Source: a virus
IMG/VR virus record: IMGVR_UViG_3300033153_009650
Span: 25,130 to 89,129 of that record
Length of the DNA stretch: 64,000 nucleotides
Strand: one strand, 5' to 3'
Shown: positions 26,069 to 36,378 of the stretch, one piece after another
Layout of the letters: every line of letters starts with the position of its first letter
How positions within the stretch are numbered: the stretch's first letter is position 1
Translations under genes and position numbers: made by a program
Notes under the pieces: generated by a model
The model's database searches: none
Told to the model about the DNA's origin: nothing
The model's input: the letters and a program-made list of their open reading frames with translations, nothing else

Positions 26069-26917
26069 ATGGCAAAAGGATGGAGTAAGCAATATTCTTG
26101 TTGTATGAATTGTGCGAAAGATAAGATCCCTCATAAAGCAGATGGATTATGTCGAGAATGCTATGCTAAAAGAAAGAAGGGAAAAGAAATTTCAGAAGAG
26201 ACTTGGAAATATTATACTTTTTGTTCAAATTGTAAAACCACTAAAACCCCACATAAGGCAAAAGGATTATGTAGAAGATGCTATGATGATTGGTTTGAGA
26301 GAATAAATAGGCCTAAAAGATGGCATTGTGTTGAATGTGGTTTGACCACAAATCCTCGTGGATCACATGGATTATGTATAAACTGTTATAGTATATGGAG
26401 AGGAAAACAACCTGCTCTTTATGACACCTATGCTCATCAAATTAATTGTTGTGAAGAGACAAGGAGAGATCCTGACAACTCTAAATATCTCCAAGTCAGA
26501 TGTACGGAAAGTGATTGCAGAAAATGGTTTACTCCTATCATCCGTGAAGCCGCAAGTAGATTAGCTGCTATAAATTCAGTAGGAGGAGGCAATAATTTTT
26601 ATTGTTCAGAAGAATGCAAACATAATTGTTCACTATATGGTAGAAGTAAATATCGTAAAGGAGAAGGTCCGGATAATTCAAGACCCGATCAAGCTGAATG
26701 GGTAAAGCTGGTTTTAGAAAGAGATGATTATACTTGTCAAAGATGTGGAGCTACTGAAAATTTAGAAGCTCATCATTTGGAAGGTATATATCAAAATCCT
26801 TTAATGTCGGCCGATGTTGATACGGGTATTACTTTATGTGATGTATGTCATAAATCAGTGCATGCAGAAATGGGATGCCGATATGTAGATTTAACAAGAC
26901 GAAGCTTGTGTGTGTAG
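26069..26917 (+). CDS. HNH endonuclease with three N-terminal Cys/His Zn-finger repeats
   Basis: H.A.GLC..CY repeats; RDDYTCQRCG, EAHH, GITLC..CH...H. Confidence 0.88.
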   Translation: MAKGWSKQYSCCMNCAKDKIPHKADGLCRECYAKRKKGKEISEETWKYYTFCSNCKTTKTPHKAKGLCRRCYDDWFERINRPKRWHCVECGLTTNPRGSHGLCINCYSIWRGKQPALYDTYAHQINCCEETRRDPDNSKYLQVRCTESDCRKWFTPIIREAASRLAAINSVGGGNNFYCSEECKHNCSLYGRSKYRKGEGPDNSRPDQAEWVKLVLERDDYTCQRCGATENLEAHHLEGIYQNPLMSADVDTGITLCDVCHKSVHAEMGCRYVDLTRRSLCV

Positions 26918-26929
26918 AGAGAATATAAA

Positions 26930-27694
26930 ATGGAATATAGAAGAAGAAAAAATGGTAATGGGAAAAATAATAAAAGGAATTCAAGTACAGGTCTTCAAGT
27001 AGGTACAATGGCTACCCCTGGAAGGACTGTCCGCAATGGGGGCCTTACTGAAATGCAAGAATTATTTTGTCGCGAGTTTATTGTTGATATGAATATTTCC
27101 CAAGCAGGAGTAAGAGCTGGTTATTCTGAAAAGGTAAAAGGAGTTGCTGGATGGCAAGTTTTCCAATTAAAAAAGGTTAGGCGGCGTATTAATGAATTGA
27201 TGAAAGATCGATTAGATAAACTTAATAAACGGTTTAAAGATTTAGATCTGACCGCTGAAAGGCTTCTTTTAGAATTAGCATCCATTTCCTTTTTTAATGT
27301 ACAGGATCTTTATGAGGATGATGGAACATTGAAGCCTATTAGCGAATGGACAGAAAGACAAGCGGCTGCAATAGCAAGTATTAAAACAACAGAATTATTT
27401 GATGGTCAGGGAGAAGATAGGCGTCAAATAGGAGTATTAAAAGAAATAAAAACCCATCCTAAAGTAGAAGCCATTAAACTTGGAATGAAATATTTTGGAT
27501 TGCTTCATGAATATCTTCATGTTAAAGAGGAGAAAATCAAAACTCACAGAATAGAAATTGATGTAAAATCAGAGCAGATCAGATCTTTAAATTTAGGGAG
27601 GGAAGAACTTGAACAGTTTGCCTCTTTCCTTAGTCAGCTCAACCCAGGGACAACAATACCTGGAATTGGAAGCAGTGAACAAGATTCTGGCTGA
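26930..27694 (+). CDS. terS: terminase small subunit
   Basis: LT..QELFCREFIVDMN..QA..RAGYS. Confidence 0.9.
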   Translation: MEYRRRKNGNGKNNKRNSSTGLQVGTMATPGRTVRNGGLTEMQELFCREFIVDMNISQAGVRAGYSEKVKGVAGWQVFQLKKVRRRINELMKDRLDKLNKRFKDLDLTAERLLLELASISFFNVQDLYEDDGTLKPISEWTERQAAAIASIKTTELFDGQGEDRRQIGVLKEIKTHPKVEAIKLGMKYFGLLHEYLHVKEEKIKTHRIEIDVKSEQIRSLNLGREELEQFASFLSQLNPGTTIPGIGSSEQDSG

Positions 27695-29069
27695 GGATTA
27701 TTTAAATCATTTTATAAAACAAGCCTGGCATATAGTGGAGCCAAAGAACGACCTTATATGGGGTTGGCATTTGGATGCTATTTGTGAGCATTTAATGGCT
27801 GTCACTAATCATCAAATACAAAACCTTATAATCAATATTCCTCCAAGACATACCAAATCAATATCAGCCTCAGTAATGTGGCCAGCATGGGAATGGACAA
27901 AACGTCCTGAAACCAGATGGCTTTATTCTTCATACGCTGAAGCTCTGTCAATACGGGATTCCAGAAAATGTAGAAATGTAATCCAATCAAATTGGTATCA
28001 ACAAAGATGGGGGGATAAGTTTGAAATAGTAACAGATCAGAATCAGAAAGTAAGATTTGATAATGATAAAACAGGATATAGAATAGCAACATCGGTAGGA
28101 GGGGTAGGAACAGGGGAGGGAGGGAGTCGTATTGTAAGTGATGATCCCCATAATATTAAGGAAGCCGAATCGGAGGCTGTGAGAGGAGGAACGATTTTAT
28201 GGTGGGACGAATCAATGAGTACAAGGCTTGATAATCCCAAAACAGGATCAAAAGTAATTATAATGCAAAGAACCCATGAAGCTGATTTGTCGGGTCATGT
28301 ATTAGAGAAGGAAATAGGATATGTTCATCTTTGTTTGCCTGCCAGGTATGAATTGGAAAGGAAGAAATTATTTACTAAAACCCCTTTGTCGTTCAAAGAT
28401 CCTCGGACAAAAGAGGGAGAGCCTTTATGTCCAGAGCGGTATGGAGAAAAGGAATTAGAGAAACTTGAAAAGGAATTAGGAACGTATGCAACGGCGGGTC
28501 AACTCCAACAAAGACCTCATCCTCGGGGCGGCGGTTTATTTGAAGTCGCTAACTTTGTTTTGGTTCATGCTCTTCCCCCGGCTATTAGTTCTGTCCGGTA
28601 TTGGGATAAGGCGGGAACAGAAGGTGGAGGAGCAAGAACAGCAGGTGTTCTTTTTCTTAAATTTGCCGATGGAACATTTGGAGTATCTGATGTAGTGAAA
28701 GGGCAATGGGCGGCTCCTAAAAGAGAAAGGGTGATTAAACAGACGGCTGAGTTAGATGGCCCTAATGTTGTCATTTGGGTTGAGCAAGAACCGGGATCGG
28801 GGGGGAAAGAATCGGCGGAGAGTACTGTTCTTAATTTAGCGGGTTTTAAAATACATACAGAAAGGGCGACAGGAGCAAAAGAAGTAAGGGCGGAACCTTA
28901 TGCTGTTCAAGTAGAAGCTGGTAATGTGAAAGTGTTGATTGCTGACTGGACAAAGGATTTTATTAATGAACATGAGAAAGCCCCTACAGGCAAATTTAAA
29001 GATCAGTGGGATGCGGCAGCTGGAGCTTTTAATAAATTGGTTAGAACTAAAAAGGCGGGAACGTGGTAA
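27609..29069 (+). CDS. terL: terminase large subunit
   Basis: NIPPRHTKS, TGEGG..IVSDDPH, IMQRTHE.D, YWDKA, DQWDA. Confidence 0.95.
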   Translation: MNSLPLSLVSSTQGQQYLELEAVNKILAEDYLNHFIKQAWHIVEPKNDLIWGWHLDAICEHLMAVTNHQIQNLIINIPPRHTKSISASVMWPAWEWTKRPETRWLYSSYAEALSIRDSRKCRNVIQSNWYQQRWGDKFEIVTDQNQKVRFDNDKTGYRIATSVGGVGTGEGGSRIVSDDPHNIKEAESEAVRGGTILWWDESMSTRLDNPKTGSKVIIMQRTHEADLSGHVLEKEIGYVHLCLPARYELERKKLFTKTPLSFKDPRTKEGEPLCPERYGEKELEKLEKELGTYATAGQLQQRPHPRGGGLFEVANFVLVHALPPAISSVRYWDKAGTEGGGARTAGVLFLKFADGTFGVSDVVKGQWAAPKRERVIKQTAELDGPNVVIWVEQEPGSGGKESAESTVLNLAGFKIHTERATGAKEVRAEPYAVQVEAGNVKVLIADWTKDFINEHEKAPTGKFKDQWDAAAGAFNKLVRTKKAGTW

Positions 29070-29070
29070 C

Positions 29071-29289
29071 ATGAATAAATATCCAAAATTAAAGAAGTCT
29101 TGCTTAATTCAGTTACACCATCAGTTTAGAGATGGTAGCACAAAAATATGCGCTCAAAGAGAGATAGAGGATTATAACCAGATGGGAGTATTTCTTGATG
29201 AAACAAAAGCGAGTCATCCATTACCTGCGAACGCTCAATGGTTGGCTTGTACTATAGAATCGAAACATTTTGTAATGGTTCCCACTTAG
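29071..29289 (+). CDS. hypothetical protein
   Basis: ATG directly after terL stop. Confidence 0.6.
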   Translation: MNKYPKLKKSCLIQLHHQFRDGSTKICAQREIEDYNQMGVFLDETKASHPLPANAQWLACTIESKHFVMVPT

Positions 29290-29298
29290 GAGGGGCTT

Positions 29299-30672
29299 AT
29301 GGTCGCCAAAATTACAAGTATAAAAGAAGGAACAGATGATGGAGGATGGAGCTTCAGGTCATTGGCTTCCGCTCTTGTAGAAAGAGCAAAGTATGCATCC
29401 CAGTTGGGAATGTCTTTTGGTTCAAATCGAGATCTTTATGAAGCTCTTGGCTATGTCAAATCTCCAACATTTGATCATTATAATGCAAGATATCAGAGAC
29501 AGGATATTGCAAAACGTATTGTAGAAGCTTATCCTGATGCTTGTTGGAAAAAGAAACCTGTCATATCAGAAAAGACGGATGAGGAAACGCCTTTCGATAA
29601 AGAATGGATTACCCTTGTCAAGGATTTTAAGGTATGGCATTATCTTTTAAGGGCAGACAGAATCAGTGGTATAGGGGAGTATGGAGTTTTGTTGATGGGG
29701 TTTAAAGACGGAAAGAAATTGATAGAACCGGTTGATACAGCAACAGAGCTTCTTTATTTAATTCCTTATACACAGGAGAATGCTATTATTAAAACTTGGG
29801 TAGGAGATAAGCAAGATATAAGATATGGTTTGCCGGAGACCTATGTTATTAAAATGAAACAGTCGGGAAGTACTGCTGGGACAAAGGATATTCCTGTTCA
29901 TAATAGTAGGGTTATTCATATTGCAGAAGGGTTGACTAATGATGATGTTCATGGAACACCAAGACTAAAATCTGTTTTAAATAGATTGCAAGATTTGGAG
30001 TTGATAGCAGGGGGTTCGGCTGAAATGTTTTGGAGGGGGGCATTTCCCGGATACGGATTAAAAGCGGATTCAGATGCTACTTTTGGGCCACAGGAGAAAG
30101 CTGATCTTGAAGATGAGATTCAAAACTATATGCATAATCTTCAACGATACATAAGATTGCAGGGTATTACTATCGAATCATTAACACAACAAGTAGCTGA
30201 TCCAAGTAAGCATTTTCAGATTTTGATTAGTTTGATTGCAGGCGGGAAAGCCATACCCCAAAGAATCTTATTGGGTTCGGAAAGAGGAAATCTTGCAAGC
30301 ACCCAGGATGAAACTGCTTGGAATAGTAGGGTTGCAGAAAGGAGGGAAGATTTCTGTGAGCCTATGATACTAAGGCCCTTCGTTGATAAAATGATTGAGG
30401 TTAAAGTTCTTACAGCTCCAAAGGAAGAATATACTGTGGAGTGGCCAGATGTTTCAGCTCCAACAGAAAAGGACAGGGCTGAAGTAATTAAATTGAAGAT
30501 GGATGCATTAGAGAAGTATATTACTTCTGGGGCGGATGCATATATGCCATTTGAAATGTTCTTAAGAAAGTTTATGGATTTTACTGCTGAAGATATAGAA
30601 CAGGTTGAGGAGTCGTTTGAAGGTCAAGAGGAAGAAATCGATGAAGAGGAATTGGAAGAGGAAGAAGAGTAA
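29299..30672 (+). CDS. portal protein (DUF1073-like)
   Basis: Position after terL; R.DIAKRIV, VHNSRVIH, IPQRILLGSERG.LAS. Confidence 0.9.
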   Translation: MVAKITSIKEGTDDGGWSFRSLASALVERAKYASQLGMSFGSNRDLYEALGYVKSPTFDHYNARYQRQDIAKRIVEAYPDACWKKKPVISEKTDEETPFDKEWITLVKDFKVWHYLLRADRISGIGEYGVLLMGFKDGKKLIEPVDTATELLYLIPYTQENAIIKTWVGDKQDIRYGLPETYVIKMKQSGSTAGTKDIPVHNSRVIHIAEGLTNDDVHGTPRLKSVLNRLQDLELIAGGSAEMFWRGAFPGYGLKADSDATFGPQEKADLEDEIQNYMHNLQRYIRLQGITIESLTQQVADPSKHFQILISLIAGGKAIPQRILLGSERGNLASTQDETAWNSRVAERREDFCEPMILRPFVDKMIEVKVLTAPKEEYTVEWPDVSAPTEKDRAEVIKLKMDALEKYITSGADAYMPFEMFLRKFMDFTAEDIEQVEESFEGQEEEIDEEELEEEEE

Positions 30673-30921
30673 TAAATGGAAATGTGTAAAAGTTTAATTT
30701 ACAATTTTTTGCATCCAAAGCCAAGGCTGATTTGTATTTGTAATAATTTCAGATGGACGGGTGAAGAAGATAAGGAAAATGATAAGAAACTAACTTTAGG
30801 CGAACTTCTTAATTGTGTTGGGGCTTCTCTCCATGCCCGTTGTTCTGATATAGTTTGAAGAAAGAAATTGGGAGTTTTCAATGACAGATTTATTTTTTGC
30901 AGTTGAGGAGGTAAAGGACTA

Positions 30922-31533
30922 ATGAATATTGAAATAAGAGCTGGAGATCTATTCTGTACTCGTTGTCCTGCCTCGTTAGGTAGAGCAATCAATACTGTTC
31001 AAGCAATAGTGTCAAGGGATGGTAAGAGTTATTATTCCCATGCAGGTATTCTTATTGATCATAAGGGAACTACCTTTGAAGCTATTGGCTGGAGGATTAA
31101 AAGACAAAACCTGTTTGAAGCTTATGCGGGTCAGGAAGTTTTAATTGCTCGATGGCAAGGTATGACGCAGATAATATTTGATCGGGTCTTTGAAACATTG
31201 CGAAAGGATGAAGGCAAGATATATCCGGGCTGGAGGCTACCTTTAAATATTGTTCCCTTTATTGGTAAGTATACATCCTTTGGCAAACGATTCTTGGTAT
31301 GCAGCGAGGAGGTTGGTAAATTTCTTTATCTGGTATTTCAAGATTATGGTTTTGTTAGCAGAGGTGGTTATTGCTGGCCTCGCCATAAATGGTATACCGG
31401 AACCAGCCCGGATACTTTGGCCGATGAATGGCATCGGTGGAAGCAATTTCGGATTGTATTTGAAGATAGGTTGCCAACTATTATAAGAGGTATAGGGGGA
31501 AATATTTTAAAGCGTTGTGTGGATGAAAAATGA
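30922..31533 (+). CDS. permuted papain-like (YiiX/NlpC-P60) amidase
   Basis: GDLF, YSHAGI, EA, late CSE. Confidence 0.75.
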   Translation: MNIEIRAGDLFCTRCPASLGRAINTVQAIVSRDGKSYYSHAGILIDHKGTTFEAIGWRIKRQNLFEAYAGQEVLIARWQGMTQIIFDRVFETLRKDEGKIYPGWRLPLNIVPFIGKYTSFGKRFLVCSEEVGKFLYLVFQDYGFVSRGGYCWPRHKWYTGTSPDTLADEWHRWKQFRIVFEDRLPTIIRGIGGNILKRCVDEK

Positions 31534-31837
31534 ATCTTGACGAAATTAGTTATGATGAAAGGTCAGATGTAACCAAGGCAAGGTGGGAGATTATGGAAAA
31601 TATGCAAGAGGCCAATCCTCACTTCTGGTTTGGATGGGATGGCATTATAGTAATTGTCTGTTGGGTTTGAAGGGAAAATAAGTAATGTCTGAAGAAGTAA
31701 CTTCTGATATTTTAAAGGATGTTCTTGCAATGAAGAAACAGATAATGGAGAGGGGCGATTATGATATACCTCAATATGTTATCCAACACATAATTGATCA
31801 GGGAGCAGCAGGATTATATGATGAGGAGGAATAACCA

Positions 31838-32053
31838 ATGGCAAAATTAAATGCTGTTTTTGGTGTTGATCTGTTTCTAACTGATACAAGGGTAAGAACT
31901 TGTATAAATGCAGATTGTAGATTTCATACTACTAATGAATTTACATATGCAACCGAGTCAGGAGATTCCAAAGAGAAAAATGGTTGTACCCTGAAACGAA
32001 TTGAAATTGGTGGAGATGGAAAGTGTGATAAATTCGAATCAATAGAGGCATAA
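31838..32053 (+). CDS. Cys-rich hypothetical protein
   Basis: C....C..H...C.L..IEI...GKC. Confidence 0.55.
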   Translation: MAKLNAVFGVDLFLTDTRVRTCINADCRFHTTNEFTYATESGDSKEKNGCTLKRIEIGGDGKCDKFESIEA

Positions 32054-32079
32054 CCAAAATTCGATAGGAGAGATAATCA

Positions 32080-32295
32080 ATGCCAATCGACAAATTTGAT
32101 GCGGCAAGAACAACATTTGGTAAGGAAAAGGTAGACAACTTCTTGGCAGCGTTTGGCCTTGGGCCAAAGTATGTACCTAAAGAACCTAAGAAGTATAAGA
32201 GTAATGTTTACTATGAGGTTGATATTTCTTTCTCTTTAAATCAAACACCTGAAGAAAAAAGAAGCTCCGATTGCAAAACCATTATAGAGGAGTAA
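32080..32295 (+). CDS. small protein containing a copy of a helicase motif
   Basis: EVDISFSLNQTPEEK versus helicase EVDIAFSLNQTPEEK; RBS GGAG. Confidence 0.6.
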   Translation: MPIDKFDAARTTFGKEKVDNFLAAFGLGPKYVPKEPKKYKSNVYYEVDISFSLNQTPEEKRSSDCKTIIEE

Positions 32296-32299
32296 TCTA

Positions 32300-32731
32300 A
32301 TGAAGAAAAATTTTTGCACAGATAAAGGTATTAATGTAAAGGTTAACCAAGATTTGGAAATACCAAAAACATTGGATAATGCAAATGATTATCGAAAGTT
32401 TGTTAAATCTCTTGCGGGCGAGGTCGTGCCTATTCCTGGTAAAAGTATTTTTTCTTTTGAGGCATTAGGAATAAAGGCAGGTCCTTTCCCTCAGAGTGTG
32501 ATCATTTATAATGTAAAAACAGGAGAAGAGCTTCCTGGCGTTTATTCTGTTGATATTAACCTTTGCCTTGATGATATAGCAACAGCCAAAGTTGAGATGC
32601 ATGTTTCTAAAGTTAAGATGGAAGGTGTTTGTCTGGAACAAGTGAGATTTTTTGAAATTTTAACAGGTAAGAAATATAAGTTGGTAGAGGTAAGTAATGG
32701 CAGAAAAACCAGAAAAGATATCTCGATATGA
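32300..32731 (+). CDS. hypothetical protein
   Basis: 143-aa ORF, RBS GAGGAG. Confidence 0.6.
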   Translation: MKKNFCTDKGINVKVNQDLEIPKTLDNANDYRKFVKSLAGEVVPIPGKSIFSFEALGIKAGPFPQSVIIYNVKTGEELPGVYSVDINLCLDDIATAKVEMHVSKVKMEGVCLEQVRFFEILTGKKYKLVEVSNGRKTRKDISI

Positions 32732-32851
32732 ATGGTCGATATATTATAAACGCTTCCTGAAGAAAATTACTAAGAGAAGAAGGAGAAGAATTGGGAAGTT
32801 TTTATTAGATGAAACTCCAATTAAAAACGAATATTGTGGATGGAGTGTTTA

Positions 32852-33340
32852 ATGGAAGTTGATCAAGCAATATCGATTGCACGAAGTTTGAGTAATAGGT
32901 TTTATCATACTCATAATATGATTCCTCATCTGGAGCAGGAGGATTATACACAAGATTGTCTTGTAGCTTGGTTAAGATATAAGAATATGAATTTTGCTTG
33001 TATAGATACTTTCCGAGATCATGCTCCCCTGAGTAGAAAGTATGCAAGAGAGGGAAAGCCTGTTCCTATTCATATTAATAGAGAAATTTTAGATTATGAT
33101 AGTTACTCAGAAGTGGAAGGAAATCTTGATTTATATTTTATTCAGAGGGCAATGAGAAAGCTACCTGATAGGATATATCAGGTATTGGATATGTATTATT
33201 TCCAACATATGTCTTTGTTGGAAATAGGTTTATTAATGGGATTTACTGAAAGTCGAGCATTGCAAATCAAGGCTGAAGGAATTAAAATATTGAAAAGGAA
33301 ACTTAATGGGAATGGTTGCAAGACAACAATTAGTCACTGA
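32852..33340 (+). CDS. sigma-70 family (FliA/WhiG-like region 4) factor
   Basis: LPDR...VL.MYY...MSL.EIG..MG.TESR..QI. Confidence 0.82.
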   Translation: MEVDQAISIARSLSNRFYHTHNMIPHLEQEDYTQDCLVAWLRYKNMNFACIDTFRDHAPLSRKYAREGKPVPIHINREILDYDSYSEVEGNLDLYFIQRAMRKLPDRIYQVLDMYYFQHMSLLEIGLLMGFTESRALQIKAEGIKILKRKLNGNGCKTTISH

Positions 33341-34349
33341 TGTAATAATGAACGAGGTCATTCAGCCAAGAGTGACTATCAATACTGTCTTGAATATAGA
33401 TCCTTCGAGAACATTAACTCTGAGGAAGGCGTTTGAGAAGGACGCTATTCGTCGGTTTAAGTTTATCCAAAGAGTTATAAAAAGAGCCATTGTAGATCTG
33501 GATTGTTTTGGATTAAGTAAAGAGAATCCTATTCTTATTCTTGCCAAAACGGCAGAAGGTATTAGGACATGGCAAGTGTCAAGAATGCAACGACAAGCAA
33601 TTATGACTGTTGATGAGGCAATGAAGTCGATGGCAGCCAGGCAATTTGCCTTTCGAACTTCCGCTGGTAAAGTAGAAGGATTTATGTCCTGGTTAAATGA
33701 GATGGAAGAAAGAAGCGTTCTTCAAGTCGTTCGTAGACCAGGGCTAAGACAAGGAACAGGCGCTTGGTCGGATATGTATATTCAATCAGCATATCAGAAA
33801 GGGATATTGAGAGGACGTCATGAGTTGAGAAACGCCGGGTTAAAAGATATTCCTCGATATAGTTCTCAGGAAGCAGTGAGTGCGATGTTTAATAAGCCAT
33901 TTCATGCTGAGAGAGTGGGTTTGTTGATGACCAGAACCTTTAATGAACTTAAAGGTATTACTCAAGCAATGGATATGGATATAAGCCGAACTTTAGCTCA
34001 AGGTATGGCGGAAGGAAGAAATCCTCGAGCTATTGCTTATGATCTTGCTGGTAAGAAAGGAATAGTAAAAAAGATTGGGATTAACCGAGCAAGAACATTA
34101 GCCAGAACAGAAATAATCAGAGCTCATCATTCTGCTAATGTCCAGGAGTATAGAGATGCACAAATAGAAGGAGTTCGGGTTAAAGCGGAGTGGAGCACAG
34201 CGGGTGTTGGTGTATGCCCTATATGCACATCAATGGAGGGTGAGATATTTACTATTGATCGAATTGAAACGATGATTCCCGCACATCCAAATTGCAGATG
34301 CGTAGCGTTACCTGTGGTCAAGTTGCCAAAAGGTAGAGTATATAAATAA
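33306..34349 (+). CDS. minor head / head morphogenesis protein (SPP1 gp7, Mu F-like)
   Basis: RARTLARTE..RAH, W.TAG..VC.IC, PAHPNCRC. Confidence 0.92.
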   Translation: MGMVARQQLVTDVIMNEVIQPRVTINTVLNIDPSRTLTLRKAFEKDAIRRFKFIQRVIKRAIVDLDCFGLSKENPILILAKTAEGIRTWQVSRMQRQAIMTVDEAMKSMAARQFAFRTSAGKVEGFMSWLNEMEERSVLQVVRRPGLRQGTGAWSDMYIQSAYQKGILRGRHELRNAGLKDIPRYSSQEAVSAMFNKPFHAERVGLLMTRTFNELKGITQAMDMDISRTLAQGMAEGRNPRAIAYDLAGKKGIVKKIGINRARTLARTEIIRAHHSANVQEYRDAQIEGVRVKAEWSTAGVGVCPICTSMEGEIFTIDRIETMIPAHPNCRCVALPVVKLPKGRVYK

Positions 34350-34359
34350 AAGGATAAAT

Positions 34360-34491
34360 ATGAATCTCCCTTGGGTGCGATGTAAAAGATGTAAAAGAAA
34401 ACTCTTTCGAGGAGAAGTAGTTAAAATTGAAATCAAATGTTCCAAGTGTGGTTGTGTTCAGATAATTCGAGGAGGAAAAGAAAACACTTGA
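34360..34491 (+). CDS. Mu Com-family Zn-ribbon regulator (43 aa)
   Basis: MNLPWVRCKRCKRKLFRGEVVKIEIKCSKCG. Confidence 0.8.
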   Translation: MNLPWVRCKRCKRKLFRGEVVKIEIKCSKCGCVQIIRGGKENT

Positions 34492-34516
34492 TTTATTGAA
34501 AAAACTTTATTAATAT
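34488..34516 (+). promoter_or_regulatory. putative promoter for capsid operon
   Basis: TTGATT-17-TAATAT. Confidence 0.5.
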
Positions 34517-34564
34517 ACAGAAAATTAGAGAGTGGTTCAACCGCCTTAAGACCCAGAGGCTTAC

Positions 34565-34612
34565 AAAGCCCAGTTTCCTGAGATATTATTTCTTAGGAGT
34601 TTGGGCTTTTTT
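34565..34612 (+). terminator. long hairpin plus U-tract directly before head protease RBS
   Basis: AAAGCCCA..TCCTGAGA/TCTTAGGA..TGGGCTTTTTT. Confidence 0.65.
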
Positions 34613-34626
34613 ATTGGGGGAATAAA

Positions 34627-36378
34627 ATGCTTACAGAAAATACAGTTAAGAAAATTGGAAGTCAATGGTGAGTGGTTCATGGGCACCCGAAGAAACCCGG
34701 GAGCAAGACTGATAAACCAAAAGGAACTATCATTAAATGTTTTCCAACAAAGAAGGAGGCGGATGCAATGCACAAAGCTATAATGGCAAATACTAAATTA
34801 CAAATTCTTGAATCATTTACTATTAACATGCCCTTACGAAAAGAGATGTTTGAAGATCGGGAACATCTGGTAGCTCCTGTTATCGCTATTGTTGAGGGTG
34901 TTCATAATGGTCTGTATTATCCAGAAGAAGAGATAGGAAAGTTTGCAGAAGCCTGGAATGGAATTCCCCTTCTTGTTGGTCATCCAAAAGATGTTGATGG
35001 GCATTCTGTTTCTGCCAATACACCTGAAATTATAGAAGAGAATGCCGTTGGTAGATTTTTCAATGTCTATATGGAAGAAGGAAAGTTAAAGGGCGAAATC
35101 TGGCTTGATGTTAAAAAGACGAAGGAAGTCAATCCAGCTGTATTAGATATTATTAATGGAGACGGACAACTTGAAGTGTCAACTGGTTTATGGACTGAAG
35201 ATGAAAACACAAGTGGTGAATGGAAGGGTGAAAAGTATGAGGCGATTATGAGGGGCCATCGCCCAGATCATTTAGCTCTCCTTCCTGGAGGAGAAGGGGC
35301 TTGTAATTGGGAAGATGGTTGTGGCGTTCGCGTAAATACTAAGGAAGGAGGTGAAGAAGTGGATGATAAAGAATTATTCGAGAAGTTAGAGGCTGAGGGC
35401 AAGAAGTCTGGTGAAGCTCCAAATAAGTTTAAATTAATGTTCATCAAACTTGCTAACAAATTGGGTTATAAAACTTCAGAGGTTTCACATAACGAAATCT
35501 ATGGCCGGTTATCAGATATGATTGGTAGTAGTAATATGGAGGTAGGATCAAAAGGGCCTTATCGTTATGTGAATAGTGTTTTCGATAATTATTTTATTTA
35601 CGAAGAACACATGGAAGGGGAGGCTTCTAAATTGTTCAGGCAGGATTATAGAATCAATGCGGATGACGAGATTAAGTTCGTTGATGAGCCTGTACAAGTG
35701 AAGAAGGAAATTAAGTATGTTAAACTTTCAACAGAGAAAGGAGGAACAAAGACTATGGAGAAAAATGAAAACTGCTGCAAGGAATTAATTGATTCTTTGA
35801 TAGCAAACGATGCGGTTCAATTTGTGGAAGATGATCGCAAGTGGTTGGAAACTCTTGAGGAAGATCAACTGAAGAAATTTGAGCCGGTGGTTGATGAGGA
35901 CGCTGTGGCCAAAGCCAAGAGAGATCAAGATCTTGCGATTCAGGCAGCCAAGGAAGAGGGTATTGCAGAAGGGAAGGCTTTGAAGGATAATGAACCTAAT
36001 CCTAATGCAAATCCGGACTCTAAACCGGGCGGAGAATCTACTCCTGATCCACAGACTGCCGAGGAGTTCATTGAGAATGCTCCTGAAGGCATTCGAGAAA
36101 CCTTGCAGCGTTCCTATAAACGGGACCAGGAATTGAAAGCCAATTTGGTTAAAAGCTTGCTCGCCATTAAGAGAAATACCTTCACAGAGGAACAGCTCAA
36201 TAGCAAGACAATGGATGAATTGGAGAGTTTGGCAAAGTTAGCCGATGTTCCGGCTGATTATTCAGGTAAGGGTGGAGCCCCTGTGGAGAATGAAGTAAAG
36301 GACAATGAGAGACATGAAGATGGCACCGGTGTTCCGGATATGCCTACCTTGCAATTGGGTAATTCGGCAAATGTTTAA
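34627..36378 (+). CDS. prohead protease/scaffold (DUF2213-like); in-frame TGA at codon 15 (ORF track starts at GTG 34672)
   Basis: EGVHNG, WNGIP...HP, EVSTG, PDHLALLP...GAC...GCG; acidic scaffold-like C-terminus. Confidence 0.85.
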
